From Patescibacteria group bacterium (GTDB taxonomy: Bacteria > Patescibacteriota > Patescibacteriia > UBA9570): 64,000 nt of DNA. Below are positions 10,857-22,589 of the stretch, piece after piece (position 1 is the first letter of the stretch; each line of letters begins with the position of its first letter). The translations under genes and the position numbers were made by a program. Location: the NCBI GenBank assembly GCA_024277435.1, contig JAJRVJ010000010.1, positions 23,663 to 87,662 of the forward strand, read 5' to 3'. A model generated the notes under the pieces. That model did no database searches and was not told the DNA's origin. It was given only the letters and a program-made list of their open reading frames with translations.

Positions 10857-11897
10857 CTAGAATTGCTTATTAAATCTACTATCCCCCGCCATGAACAAAC
10901 GAATGTCATCAATTCCGTACTTCATCATTGCGAGACGATTAATTCCCATGCCAAAGGCAAAGCCTGTGTATTTTCCTGGCTCATATCCAGCGGATTCAAA
11001 TACTTTTGGATGAATCATTCCACAACCTAGCATTTCTACCCAGCCAGTATTTTTACATACAGAGCACCCTTTTCCATCACAATTTACACATGAACAATCC
11101 GCCTCAAATCACGGCTCAACATACGGAAAATAACCTGGTCGCAAGCGAATTTGTACTTCACGTTGCAGTATTTGCGACATTGATTTCTTTAATACATACG
11201 TAAGATTGGCAACAGAAATATTATCTCCAACTACAAATCCTTCTAACTGGTAAAATGTATGGTCATGTGATGCGTCGGTAGATTCGTTCCGGAATACTCT
11301 ACCAGGAACAATTACACGGAGCGGTGGTGTGAATTTTTCCATCATACGTACCTGCATATTGGAGGTATGCGTACGCAGCACCTGCTTTTTACCATCCTTA
11401 CTATCCTCTTTAACATAAAATGTATCTTGCAAATCACGCGCTGGATGTGTAGGTGGAATATTTAAAAATTCAAAACAGTAATCATCAGTTTCTAATTCAT
11501 TACCTTCCATCACGGTAAATCCCATTGAATAGAAAATATCGATAAGTTCTTCTTGCACCTGTCGCAGTGGATGAATATAGCCACGCTGAGCTGATGTGCC
11601 TGGTAGCGTAGCATCAAAAGAACCTAGCTGATCCTTACCTTCGCTTCGTTTTTTAATTTCATCACTAAGGCGTTTCTGAATGTCTGATTTTACTGTATTA
11701 GCCAACTGACCAATGGTACGCTTTTCTTGCTTATCAGAAATATCCTTCAAACTTTTCAATGCTGCAGTTAATTTCCCATTTTTTCTACCTAAATATGTAT
11801 CTTTTAAGGCTTGTAACTGCTCTTTTGAAGATACATTCGCTAAATCGCTAGTGAAATTAGCTTGAATATCCTTAAGTTGTTGTTGTAAATCACTCAT
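10857..11897 (-). CDS. pheS: Phenylalanine--tRNA ligase alpha subunit, interrupted by one in-frame TGA (11109-11111)
   Basis: [23 protein letters not shown]. After YFPYVEP* the same frame continues [34 protein letters not shown]...[24 protein letters not shown] to TAG 10857-10859. Confidence 0.95.
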
Positions 11898-12319
11898 ACT
11901 GTATCTTTAGCCTTTGTTTGGCGAGTTATTGGCGTCTGCTTTTTTGTTAAATAAAATCCCTCTAGCACAATTAGCCCAATAAGCAGCATTCCAACGGACC
12001 ATAAATTAAACACATTTTTCGAAAATAACATCAGTGAGATAATCACTAGTAGTGCAAACCAGATTGCCTGCCGAATAGATGGAGTTACTAGACGAAATGT
12101 TACTGTAGTACGATGTCTAATTCGCTTAATAAGTACTCGAACTCCCAAACCTAACAGCGCGAACGAACCGAGTAGTGAGAAGAATAGCGATGCATAGAAA
12201 ACAAAAATTCCTACTAACCCAGATAACTCCGGATCTATGTAAAACAATACAGTTAGCCAGGCTGCCCAGCTAACTATAGTTACGCTTGCGACTGATATCA
12301 AGAAGCGTTGTAATGACAT
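11894..12319 (-). CDS. Hypothetical four-TM membrane protein, ATGA-coupled to pheS
   Basis: Four hydrophobic segments; own extended -10 (TGtTATAGT at 12331-12339). Confidence 0.75.
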   Translation of the reverse strand: MSLQRFLISVASVTIVSWAAWLTVLFYIDPELSGLVGIFVFYASLFFSLLGSFALLGLGVRVLIKRIRHRTTVTFRLVTPSIRQAIWFALLVIISLMLFSKNVFNLWSVGMLLIGLIVLEGFYLTKKQTPITRQTKAKDTV

Positions 12320-12376
12320 AAAGTAGCATTACTATAACACAATGTTTAGCTGATGGCTAGGATTTTTTTGTATAAT

Positions 12377-15300
12377 TTATGACCCAAGACGTTCCTTACC
12401 TGCAATTTGTGATATAGCCCTCCATTCATCTGCGCCAACTTCAAAGTCTCCATTACCAGCGGGTACGGTATCGGCGAATGCGTCCATAAAAAATCTATCT
12501 ACGTTTGTTGTAGCTAACGCATTATCACTTACAGCTCTAGCAATAAGCTGTCCAGCTGGGCCACTTTCAAATGTAATGCCGTATGCCTCAATAATAGGAG
12601 GTTTAGCGCTTCGTAATGCTTTCTTAATAGCCCGCAATGCAGCTCTTGGCCCCATACCATTATCAGATTCGTGAAATGCAAGGGTTTTTTCTAAATCATT
12701 TACTACTGATTGGATAACCTCTGGATCTTCTAGCGCTGATTGAGCATCTAAATCTAATTCATCAGCCACAACAATATCTTCTGGCCCTCCATCACCCATA
12801 ACAGAGTCCGAAGCATCAACGGTAGCGCTATCTACCCGAGCCATTCCAGCTGACTCTACATCAACCGCTCCTGGCCCAGCACCAATAACTTCATCAACAG
12901 CAACAATTCCTGCGTTCTCTGGAACAACAGCTGCAGAGGCTTGTAGCGCAAGCCAATCTTGATAAGCAATTGCACTAGCCTCAGCTAATGTACTATCTTC
13001 TATAAAGGAAGTTGATCCATATACACTCATTTCATCACCCAGGTGCCCTATAGCACCAGTAGTAAAGTCTCCTGAGTGAGATCCAATTGCATGCCATCCA
13101 TCTTGTGCCATACCTAAGTATTCATCTGAATGCACTGCCCAAAATTCTTGAAAGGTACTAGGAACATCGGTAACCTCTAATCCCATATCGCTCGCTGTGC
13201 CGACATCAATAACTCCTGGGGAAAAGCTTGTGGCGGCAACTTCAACTGAAGATCCTGAGGCTGTACTAGCAACTAATTCTCCACCAGCGGCATGTAGTTG
13301 GAGTTCTTGAGCTAAGTCGTTACCTTGTAATATAGTTCGGGTAGCTGTATCGAATAATTGGATCGTAGCACTACCATCACTTACTGATAGTACTGGAACT
13401 ACCGCATCAGCCTTATCTATCCATAACTGCGCCCCTGTAGCTGCGTTTATAATTGGCTGCGCATCAGCTGCCCCAGCCACAGGCATTTCTGTGTTATGCA
13501 TTAAATCTACTAAGAAGCGATTAGCCCAAGTTGCTTTACTACCCATACCTTCTGTATAGCCCAATGTTTCCGCATTTTCCATTACTTGGGGACGTAAACT
13601 CTGCCAAAACCCCTCACCTTTTGCTACGGTCATTTCAGTCCAAACAGCATCTGGAATATCAGCTACCTCGGCACTCACCGCTTCTGCCACGGGTTCTGCA
13701 GGAGTCGCTGATGGCGTAGGTTCAACAGGTATAGGTGATGCGGCGGCAGATGTTGATTCGGGAGTAGCTAGCTCCGGAGATACAGAAGTAGGCGCGGGTG
13801 CTGGTAATGGTTCTGGCGAGGGTGTAGCTTCAACTACTGGTGCCGAAGTTGGTTCAGGTGTTGGTAAGGAATCGGATGTATCTGGCACTCCCATTACAGC
13901 TGCACTATCCGCACCAGACTCTGTAGCGCTAGTTACTAAATCGCTCGCCCCTCCAAAAAAAGCGTAGATTGAATTCTTAACCTCGCTTAATGTCTCAAAT
14001 ACACGATGGCCAACAGTGGTTTCTCCAAACATATCGCTAGCCCCACCAGCGGCATCCCATATAAATCCACTACCAAATGCTGCTGCTATTGCTCCCGTGA
14101 TTATTTTTTGTATTTTTCTACGTTCCTGTAAATCCTGGCGCACTGTAAATAATTTATCATCAAGCTCCGCAAATAATAGTCCAAGTTTTTGCTCTAAATC
14201 CATTGCATCTGGTCCATTAAGAATTTCCTGACGTTTATATTTCATGTAATGCCGTGAAGCATTATGATACAACAGAGAATTAATTTTACTTCCTTGAATA
14301 GAACTTCTAGCCTCAAAATGCACTATGGCCTCACCAAAGCGTTGCCAATCACCTTCTGAACTATGTTCATCAGGCCACGCACCTTTCGCTAACGCGGCTT
14401 CGGCGGATGCAATTTGTTTTTGTTGAACCAAACCATCAAAACCAATATATGTCATCCCTGAACGTGCTAGCACAGCTGCGCCAGCTCCAAGTGACGCCGC
14501 TACAGTTACTGGAGCACTACCAGCCACAGCAATAGCACCTAAGGTACTAGCTCCAGTTGCTAATGCTATACTTGTAGCTGTTCGCATAGACATCATGTTT
14601 AGCGCTGCATTGACAAGTTTACTATCTGGCCGACTACCGCGCGCCCTTTCATATAGTGCGCCTGCATTCATATCCCCTAATCTTTTCCACACACCTTTAA
14701 TTGTTTCACGTAATGGATGATCAATTATTTCACGCTCCGCAATCTCATCAAGTACACTTAATCGTTCAGCTAGAGCTAATTGAATCTTCTCTTTAACAAA
14801 TTGCGTTCTCTCAGCTGAATACTCATCACGTTTTGCTTCAACATCAGCAACTTCAACCCTACCTCGTTCAAGTTCTTTTTGAAGGTGAATATATTCAAGA
14901 CGCAGCTTACGTAAATTATCTGCTGCTGTGCCAATAGTATCGTCAAGACGATCTAATTCATCTTTATATTCTTTTGGAAGATCTTCCTCAGTAAAACCGT
15001 GTTGCGCTAATTTATCTTGCCGAGCCTCTTCAAAGCTACTAAGAACCGGACCTGGATCTGGTGGTGGTTCTGGTAAATCTGAATCAAGCCGCACCTCCAT
15101 AACAGACAAAGCCAAGCTACCGCGTTGCTGATCTTGATTTCTCTTTAAAGCTTCAGCCATTAAATTCTCTTGAATTACTCGGGTATCACCATGAGCCTCC
15201 ATGATTATTCTTTCAATATCACTTGCGCTCAACATATCAAATACGACCCCGCCATTGTCAGATAAAATAAGATCACCTCGCTCTAACTGCAGTTCTTCTC

Positions 15301-15922
15301 CTGGATCAATAAGATTCCTTAAAGTTTGGAGGCGACCCCTTATAAATACATATACGGAAACTTGTTCGGGTAGCTGTTGTCGTTCTGCGTAGCTAATGTT
15401 TCCATCTGCAGAAATTCGTACAAGAGAAGCAGAATATTCCGCATCTTCCGGAGCGTTTGGATTGGCGTCAGCTAGATTAAATACCGACTCTAAATTATTA
15501 CCAACAGCAGAAATATTATTTGCAACAATAACACCAATACCTTCAGCCATCATATGACCATTTGTTTCACTACCAGAAACCTTCTTTATGCCGTGTCCAG
15601 TAACAATACCTATTGCTACAGACCCATCGCTTTCGACGCTTCTCACAATATTATTCTGATTTTCCCTAACCAGTGAGCCCTTTTTCCCACCATAATGTGA
15701 TTGGGCATGAATTTCTACTACAGGATTCACAGCATGAAACTCCTGATGCGGTGCTCGCTCAGGTTTTTTCCAATATTCTGCGGTAGCGCCAAATGTGTTA
15801 ACTCCCAACTCTAAATGCTGCGGGCGACGATCCGCCTCAGCTCGTCGTTCTGAGGGCTTTTTCCAATCAGCCGTTCTACGTTCTACGTTACGGGGTGTTC
15901 CTACCATATATATGTTAGACAA
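12377..15922 (-). CDS. Large multidomain protein: degenerate PP2C-like domain, coiled coil, hydrophobic helices, Pro/Thr/Ala linker, LysM-like motif, acidic C-terminus
   Basis: 1181-aa ORF; domain calls come from motif resemblance only. Confidence 0.7.
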   Translation of the reverse strand: MSNIYMVGTPRNVERRTADWKKPSERRAEADRRPQHLELGVNTFGATAEYWKKPERAPHQEFHAVNPVVEIHAQSHYGGKKGSLVRENQNNIVRSVESDGSVAIGIVTGHGIKKVSGSETNGHMMAEGIGVIVANNISAVGNNLESVFNLADANPNAPEDAEYSASLVRISADGNISYAERQQLPEQVSVYVFIRGRLQTLRNLIDPGEELQLERGDLILSDNGGVVFDMLSASDIERIIMEAHGDTRVIQENLMAEALKRNQDQQRGSLALSVMEVRLDSDLPEPPPDPGPVLSSFEEARQDKLAQHGFTEEDLPKEYKDELDRLDDTIGTAADNLRKLRLEYIHLQKELERGRVEVADVEAKRDEYSAERTQFVKEKIQLALAERLSVLDEIAEREIIDHPLRETIKGVWKRLGDMNAGALYERARGSRPDSKLVNAALNMMSMRTATSIALATGASTLGAIAVAGSAPVTVAASLGAGAAVLARSGMTYIGFDGLVQQKQIASAEAALAKGAWPDEHSSEGDWQRFGEAIVHFEARSSIQGSKINSLLYHNASRHYMKYKRQEILNGPDAMDLEQKLGLLFAELDDKLFTVRQDLQERRKIQKIITGAIAAAFGSGFIWDAAGGASDMFGETTVGHRVFETLSEVKNSIYAFFGGASDLVTSATESGADSAAVMGVPDTSDSLPTPEPTSAPVVEATPSPEPLPAPAPTSVSPELATPESTSAAASPIPVEPTPSATPAEPVAEAVSAEVADIPDAVWTEMTVAKGEGFWQSLRPQVMENAETLGYTEGMGSKATWANRFLVDLMHNTEMPVAGAADAQPIINAATGAQLWIDKADAVVPVLSVSDGSATIQLFDTATRTILQGNDLAQELQLHAAGGELVASTASGSSVEVAATSFSPGVIDVGTASDMGLEVTDVPSTFQEFWAVHSDEYLGMAQDGWHAIGSHSGDFTTGAIGHLGDEMSVYGSTSFIEDSTLAEASAIAYQDWLALQASAAVVPENAGIVAVDEVIGAGPGAVDVESAGMARVDSATVDASDSVMGDGGPEDIVVADELDLDAQSALEDPEVIQSVVNDLEKTLAFHESDNGMGPRAALRAIKKALRSAKPPIIEAYGITFESGPAGQLIARAVSDNALATTNVDRFFMDAFADTVPAGNGDFEVGADEWRAISQIAGKERLGS

Positions 15923-16214
15923 GTTCAGTTAATTCTTTGCGGAGAGCTTCAATTTCCACCTGCATAATATCATTAAATTCAGGTACATATTCTAATATTT
16001 TAGTAATGCGCTCCTCTTCTGTGCCATCCATAAGCACTTTTTCATCATCTTTGGAGAGTTTTTTTGATTCCAGCTTATCAGCCACTGCCAACATCGCTCG
16101 CTTCAATACTAATTCTGTCATCTGCGACATTAGAACAAATTTATCTTCTGATGGTAGATCTTCTAGACCTAGCTGAGTAAAAATACTGTTTTGTAGCGGC
16201 GTTGATTTATTCAT
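15915..16214 (-). CDS. Small acidic helical protein, DUF5663-like (CPR-typical)
   Basis: LGLEDLPSEDK..LMSQMTELVLKR pattern; overlaps the start of the large gene. Confidence 0.7.
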   Translation of the reverse strand: MNKSTPLQNSIFTQLGLEDLPSEDKFVLMSQMTELVLKRAMLAVADKLESKKLSKDDEKVLMDGTEEERITKILEYVPEFNDIMQVEIEALRKELTELV

Positions 16215-16289
16215 ATGTATATGACGAAGCTAATTGTGTAGTAGTTAATTTATGTTTCTACAATTTAATATATCATATATTAACAAAAA

Positions 16290-16318
16290 ATAATATCACA
16301 ATCATGTGCGATTGTCAA
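16290..16318 (-). promoter_or_regulatory. Sigma70 promoter for the DUF5663-like/large-protein operon, with an internal inverted repeat
   Basis: TTGACA-17 bp-(TGa)TATTAT; ACAATC-N6-GATTGT at 16298-16315. Confidence 0.7.
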
Positions 16319-16386
16319 GTCCTACTGTATGTTTTGATTAAATTACTTCTCTTAAATAAGAAATACACAGTTATTTAGAAAGTCCA

Positions 16387-16415
16387 TTGACAGTTTTAAG
16401 TAACTGCAATAGAAT
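16387..16415 (+). promoter_or_regulatory. Sigma70 promoter of the atp operon
   Basis: TTGACA-17 bp-TAGAAT, 8 nt before ATG 16424. Confidence 0.8.
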
Positions 16416-16423
16416 ATACCCGC

Positions 16424-16708
16424 ATGAATGAGCTACCTAATCAACCAGATACAGAGTCTCAGGTAGAAAATATGCAATCTGTTGGTTCTTCAGCAGGCCT
16501 CAAAGCCCTCGCTTTGGTGGGAATCACAACAGGTTACATATTTGGGCCATTAATCATTATTGGTGGTGCAGGTTGGTATTTAGGGGAGCTTATTAATGCG
16601 AAGTGGGTAGTATTTGTTGCCGTTTTAATATCTTTCATTATTTCTAATGTATTGATATTCAAGCAAGCTCCGAAAGCCACAAGAAAAATTGCGATTAATA
16701 AGAAGTAA
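16424..16708 (+). CDS. AtpZ/AtpI-like two-TM protein
   Basis: First gene of the atp operon; two TM helices, GxGWYL pattern. Confidence 0.7.
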   Translation: MNELPNQPDTESQVENMQSVGSSAGLKALALVGITTGYIFGPLIIIGGAGWYLGELINAKWVVFVAVLISFIISNVLIFKQAPKATRKIAINKK

Positions 16709-16714
16709 ACACGA

Positions 16715-17476
16715 ATGATTGAAATTAGTTTAAAGCCTGATGTTCTAGGCATATTTGCAGGATTCCCAATTACGAATGCACTTTTAGTATCTGTACTTAC
16801 CACCATTGTATTATGTGTAATATTTATGTTTGTAGCACGAAGAATGAAGCAAGTGCCTGGTAGATTGCAATTATTTGTAGAAACATTTCTTACAGGAAGT
16901 TACGAATTCGTACATGGCGTTACTCAGAACGAAACAGTAACCAAACGAATGTTTCCTATTTTTACAACATTATTACTGTTTTTCTTAGCTGCTAACCTCA
17001 CTGGATTCATTCCAGGACTTGCAGCACTATCCTTTAATGATATGCCATTATATAGATCAGCGACTTCAGATTATGCGCTGATTTTTGTTATTACGATGGT
17101 GATGTTTATTGGATGGCAGTTGGTTGCTATAGTTTCTGGTGGTTTATTTGGATATGTAAAAAAGTATATCAACTTCTCAAGCCCAATGGATTTTGTAATG
17201 GGACTTCTTGATATTATTGGTGAGAGTGCAAAAATCGTTTCCTTATCGTTTCGTTTGTTCGGAAATATTTTTGCTGGAGAAGTGATTGCCACAGTAATGC
17301 TAGTGTTAATGCCGTATGTAGCACCAGTACCTTTTGCACTTTTAGGATTGTTGAGCTCAGTAATTCAGGCAGCGGTATTCCCTATTTTGGTTTTGATCTT
17401 CTTTAATATGGCTATTGTCGTAAAAGAAGAAAAGCAAAAAGAAGTGCTAGTAGCAGAAGGCGCTAGTACGAAATAA
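16715..17476 (+). CDS. atpB: ATP synthase F0 subunit a
   Basis: PGRLQ, SLSFRLFGNIFAGE, IQAAVF. Confidence 0.97.
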   Translation: MIEISLKPDVLGIFAGFPITNALLVSVLTTIVLCVIFMFVARRMKQVPGRLQLFVETFLTGSYEFVHGVTQNETVTKRMFPIFTTLLLFFLAANLTGFIPGLAALSFNDMPLYRSATSDYALIFVITMVMFIGWQLVAIVSGGLFGYVKKYINFSSPMDFVMGLLDIIGESAKIVSLSFRLFGNIFAGEVIATVMLVLMPYVAPVPFALLGLLSSVIQAAVFPILVLIFFNMAIVVKEEKQKEVLVAEGASTK

Positions 17477-17519
17477 TTTTATCAATATTTAATAAACAAC
17501 TAATAAATAATACACAAAT

Positions 17520-17750
17520 ATGGAATTAGAAGCAGCACGTTTAATCGCAGCCGGATTAGCAATGGGACTAGGTGCCATTGGTTCAGGTATTGGTGAAGGT
17601 ATCGCCGCTGGTCGCGCACTAGAAGCAATGGGACGTAACCCAAGCCTTAAAGACGAATTATTCACTCGAATGATTGTAGCTATGGCTATTACGGAATCTA
17701 CCGCTATTTATGCATTGGTAGTAACTTTATTAATCCTTTTTGCTGTTTAG
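17520..17750 (+). CDS. atpE: ATP synthase F0 subunit c (Na+-type signature)
   Basis: GIGEG, RNP, ITESTAIY. Confidence 0.97.
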   Translation: MELEAARLIAAGLAMGLGAIGSGIGEGIAAGRALEAMGRNPSLKDELFTRMIVAMAITESTAIYALVVTLLILFAV

Positions 17751-17756
17751 TCCCCT

Positions 17757-18254
17757 ATGGGTCAATTATTTGAAGCACTTGGCTTAGATCTTAAAATCCT
17801 TATTGCGCAGTTAGTAAACTTCGCAATTCTATTTGCAGTACTATATAAACTTGGTTACAAACCAATTATGAAATTTGTAGCTGAACGTACTGCAACTATT
17901 GAGGAGGGTGTAAAACATGCAGAAGATGCCAAAAAAGCTTTAGCGGACGCTCAGCAAGATCAGGATCGTATTCTGGCTGAAGCTCGCAAGGAAGCTCAAT
18001 CAATTATCACTGAAGCTCGTGAGCAAGCTGTAAAGCAAGCTGATTCCATTGTTGGAAAAAGTAAAGAGCAAACAGCAAAGGTTGTTGATAAAGCAAAACA
18101 AGATATTCGCAGAGAGCATGAACAAATGATTCAACAGGCTAAAGCAGAGCTATCGGATGTTGTATTACTGGCAACAGAAAAGGTATTGCAAGAAAAAATT
18201 GACGCGCCAGCTGATAAGGCGTTTGTTGAAAAAACACTCTCTCAAATAAAATAA
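17757..18254 (+). CDS. atpF: ATP synthase F0 subunit b
   Basis: AQLVNFAIL TM helix followed by coiled coil. Confidence 0.95.
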   Translation: MGQLFEALGLDLKILIAQLVNFAILFAVLYKLGYKPIMKFVAERTATIEEGVKHAEDAKKALADAQQDQDRILAEARKEAQSIITEAREQAVKQADSIVGKSKEQTAKVVDKAKQDIRREHEQMIQQAKAELSDVVLLATEKVLQEKIDAPADKAFVEKTLSQIK

Positions 18255-18257
18255 CAT

Positions 18258-18650
18258 ATGAAATTAACCGCCAAACATTACGCTCAAGCATTGTATGAAC
18301 TATCTGCTGAAGTTGATAGCCCTGAGAAATCCAAGTACATGAAGAAATTCTTAAGTACCATGTATTCACGTGGTCATATTAAATGGCTACCTACAGTTGT
18401 ACGTGAATTGGGGCTTATTGAAGAACGCGCTTCTGGAATTACACATGTACGAGTTACCACTGCTCGTGAAAGCGATAGTAATGAAGTAAAGAAAATCGTA
18501 CAAGAAGCTATAAGCGAGGATAATATTGAGTTAACCACAGCGGTTGATCCAGTACTCCTAGGTGGAATGCGCATTGAAACACGTGATAAGCGCTGGGATT
18601 TGTCTGTTCGTGGACAACTGCAAGCACTTATTCATACAATGCAACGATAG
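18258..18650 (+). CDS. atpH: ATP synthase F1 subunit delta (short form)
   Basis: [24 protein letters not shown]. Confidence 0.9.
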   Translation: MKLTAKHYAQALYELSAEVDSPEKSKYMKKFLSTMYSRGHIKWLPTVVRELGLIEERASGITHVRVTTARESDSNEVKKIVQEAISEDNIELTTAVDPVLLGGMRIETRDKRWDLSVRGQLQALIHTMQR

Positions 18651-18690
18651 TAAATATTTAATTGAAGAACGAATTACGAATAAGAACGTT

Positions 18691-20223
18691 ATGGCTGAAG
18701 TAAAAGATTCAATTGTTCAACAACTCAAAGAAGAGATTGCTGATTTTAAAACTTCTATTCAAAAGGAAGATATCGGCACCGTTGTTGAAGTAGCTGACGG
18801 AATTGTAAAAGCCGTTGGTTTAGCGCAAGTACAAGCCTCCGAAATGGTTGAGTTTGATAATGGCGTGCTTGGTGTAGCGCTCAATCTAGAAGAAGGTTCC
18901 GTAGGTATCATGATTATGGGTGATTACACAGGTATCTCCGAAGGAATGAAAGTAAAAGGTCTTGGCCGCATTTTAGAGGTGCCGGTTGGAGAAGCGATGA
19001 TTGGTCGTGTGGTTGATGCACTTGGTAAAGCTAAAGATGGAAAAGGAGATATTAAATCTGATAAAACGTACCCGATGGAACGAGTTGCACCTGGTGTGAT
19101 GACACGTAAATCTGTTCATCGACCAATGCAAACTGGTATTAAATCTATTGATGCCATGACACCAGTTGGTCGCGGTCAACGTGAATTGATTATTGGTGAT
19201 CGTCAAACTGGCAAAACTGCTATTGCTATTGATACCATTCTTAACCAAAAAGGTGAGGATGTTATTTGTATCTACGTAGCAATTGGTCAAAAGGAAAGTA
19301 AAATCCGTCAATTAGTAGCTCGCCTAGAAGAAGCCGGTGCAATGGAATACACTATCATTGTTACTGCCTCAGCTGCAGAGCCCGCTGCCCTAAACTACCT
19401 AGCTCCGTATGCTGGTTGCGCCATGGGTGAATACTTCATGGATAATGGCAAAGATGCATTGATTATCTACGATGACCTTTCAAAGCATGCCGTTGCTTAC
19501 CGACAAATTTCCCTCTTATTGCGTCGTCCACCAGGACGAGAAGCGTATCCTGGAGATGTGTTTTATGCTCACTCTCGCCTACTGGAACGCGCTGCTAAAC
19601 TGAATGAAGATAATGGAGGCGGATCACTAACTGCCCTACCAATTATTGAAACTCAAGCTAATGATGTATCAGCCTATATTCCTACAAATGTAATTTCCAT
19701 TACTGATGGACAAATTTATTTGGAGACTAACCTATTTAATAAGGGTATGCGTCCGGCGGTAAATGTAGGTTTATCTGTATCTCGCGTAGGTGGCGCTGCT
19801 CAAATTAAGGGCATGAAAAAAGTTGCTGGTAACCTACGTCTCGGATTGGCTCAATACCGAGAATTAGAAGCCTTTGCTCAATTCGGATCCGATCTTGATG
19901 ATGCTACAAAACAACAACTAGCGCGTGGTAAACGACTAGATGAATTATTGAAACAAGATCAATACAAACCACTACGTGTAGAAGAACAAGTTGTTCAACT
20001 CTATACTGTAAATGCAGGATGGATGGATGATATTGAACCAACAAAAATCAAACAATTTGGTGAAGGACTACTGGAATATGTAGATCAAAATGCAAAAGAA
20101 ATCTACTCGAAAATTGTTGAAGAAAAAATGTTTGATGAAGCTTGGGAAAAGAAACTAGAAGAAGTAATTAAAGCGTATAAGAGCATTCTGGAAACAGAAA
20201 TGTTCGTACCAAAAGCTGATTAA
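18691..20223 (+). CDS. atpA: ATP synthase F1 subunit alpha
   Basis: [21 protein letters not shown]; start moved to ATG 18691. Confidence 0.98.
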   Translation: MAEVKDSIVQQLKEEIADFKTSIQKEDIGTVVEVADGIVKAVGLAQVQASEMVEFDNGVLGVALNLEEGSVGIMIMGDYTGISEGMKVKGLGRILEVPVGEAMIGRVVDALGKAKDGKGDIKSDKTYPMERVAPGVMTRKSVHRPMQTGIKSIDAMTPVGRGQRELIIGDRQTGKTAIAIDTILNQKGEDVICIYVAIGQKESKIRQLVARLEEAGAMEYTIIVTASAAEPAALNYLAPYAGCAMGEYFMDNGKDALIIYDDLSKHAVAYRQISLLLRRPPGREAYPGDVFYAHSRLLERAAKLNEDNGGGSLTALPIIETQANDVSAYIPTNVISITDGQIYLETNLFNKGMRPAVNVGLSVSRVGGAAQIKGMKKVAGNLRLGLAQYRELEAFAQFGSDLDDATKQQLARGKRLDELLKQDQYKPLRVEEQVVQLYTVNAGWMDDIEPTKIKQFGEGLLEYVDQNAKEIYSKIVEEKMFDEAWEKKLEEVIKAYKSILETEMFVPKAD

Positions 20224-20231
20224 TTGCCATT

Positions 20232-21164
20232 ATGCCAGTACAAGCACGCGAAATTAAAGGACGTCTCAAATCCATTAAAAACACGAGTAAAATTACTCAT
20301 ACAATGGAATTGGTTGCTGCTGCAAAAATGCGTCGAGCAGTTTCTTCAGCTCTTGATAGCCGACCATATGCTGCACTTGCCTGGGATCTCATGAGTCGCC
20401 TACGTGATTCAACAGCAATTACCGAAGGTGATTCTATCATGCGCTTCTTTGATGACGTTAAGCCATTAAAAGATGGTAAGAATCATACAACCATTATCCT
20501 ACTTACTTCTAATCGTGGATTGTGTGGGGCATTGAATACGAATGTACTTAAAAAAGTGATTCCGTATATTTCTAATCACAAAGATGAAGTTATAGATGTT
20601 ATTGGTGTAGGAAAAAAGGGTGTAAGTATTCTTAATAGCTTTGGACATAAATCTGAACTTGCTTATGAAAAAGATGATTCTGCTAAAGATGATGAATCCA
20701 TTCGTGATCTTGTAGTATATGTACATAAGAAGTTTAAGGATGGTAAGACCGGAAAAGTAATGGTTGCCTACACAGATTTCAAATCTGCTGTAATGCAAAA
20801 TGCTACCCTAAAACAAGTATTCCCTTTTACAAAAAATGATGACATCGCGGCTGCGGTAGATAATATTGATGAAAAGAAAGAGCGTGTTGAAAAACCTGAT
20901 GTACAATTCCCATATGTGTATGAACCAACTGAAGGAATTGTACTTGAATACCTTATTCCGCGGGTACTCACATCTGAAATTTATCAAGCATTGTTAGAAA
21001 GTAATGCCTCCGAGCATAGCTCTCGAATGATTGCGATGAAAAATGCAACAGAATCAGCGGCAGAAATGGCCGATGAGCTTAAATTGGAATTTAATAGGGC
21101 TCGTCAAGCTGGTATCACCCAAGAAATTGCGGAAATCTCAGCTGGATCAGCGGCAATTTCTTAA
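20232..21164 (+). CDS. atpG: ATP synthase F1 subunit gamma
   Basis: KITHTMELVAAAK, RGLCG, NRARQAGITQEIAEI. Confidence 0.97.
   Translation: MPVQAREIKGRLKSIKNTSKITHTMELVAAAKMRRAVSSALDSRPYAALAWDLMSRLRDSTAITEGDSIMRFFDDVKPLKDGKNHTTIILLTSNRGLCGALNTNVLKKVIPYISNHKDEVIDVIGVGKKGVSILNSFGHKSELAYEKDDSAKDDESIRDLVVYVHKKFKDGKTGKVMVAYTDFKSAVMQNATLKQVFPFTKNDDIAAAVDNIDEKKERVEKPDVQFPYVYEPTEGIVLEYLIPRVLTSEIYQALLESNASEHSSRMIAMKNATESAAEMADELKLEFNRARQAGITQEIAEISAGSAAIS

Positions 21165-22589
<1,425 letters not shown>

Noticed and set aside
10371-11030. 219-aa plus-strand ORF and the many other antisense or alternate-frame ORFs (e.g. 1297-1692, 4728-5258, 45257-45661)
   Set aside because: They lie opposite or within well-supported genes, have no motifs, and are explained as codon-bias shadows.
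11040-11111. Selenocysteine reading of the pheS TGA near a Cys cluster
   Set aside because: The position aligns to Gly/Ser rather than Cys, and the CxxC cluster is a normal feature of many PheS proteins.
12346-12369. Short hairpin with T-run between the large gene and ORF 12319
   Set aside because: The stem is weak (4-5 bp) and the U-tract is on the strand opposite to local transcription.
14960-15010. EDLPKEYK in the large protein resembling EDLPSEDK in the DUF5663-like neighbour
   Set aside because: The match is too short to distinguish from chance, unlike the two-block GGDEF/small-protein match.
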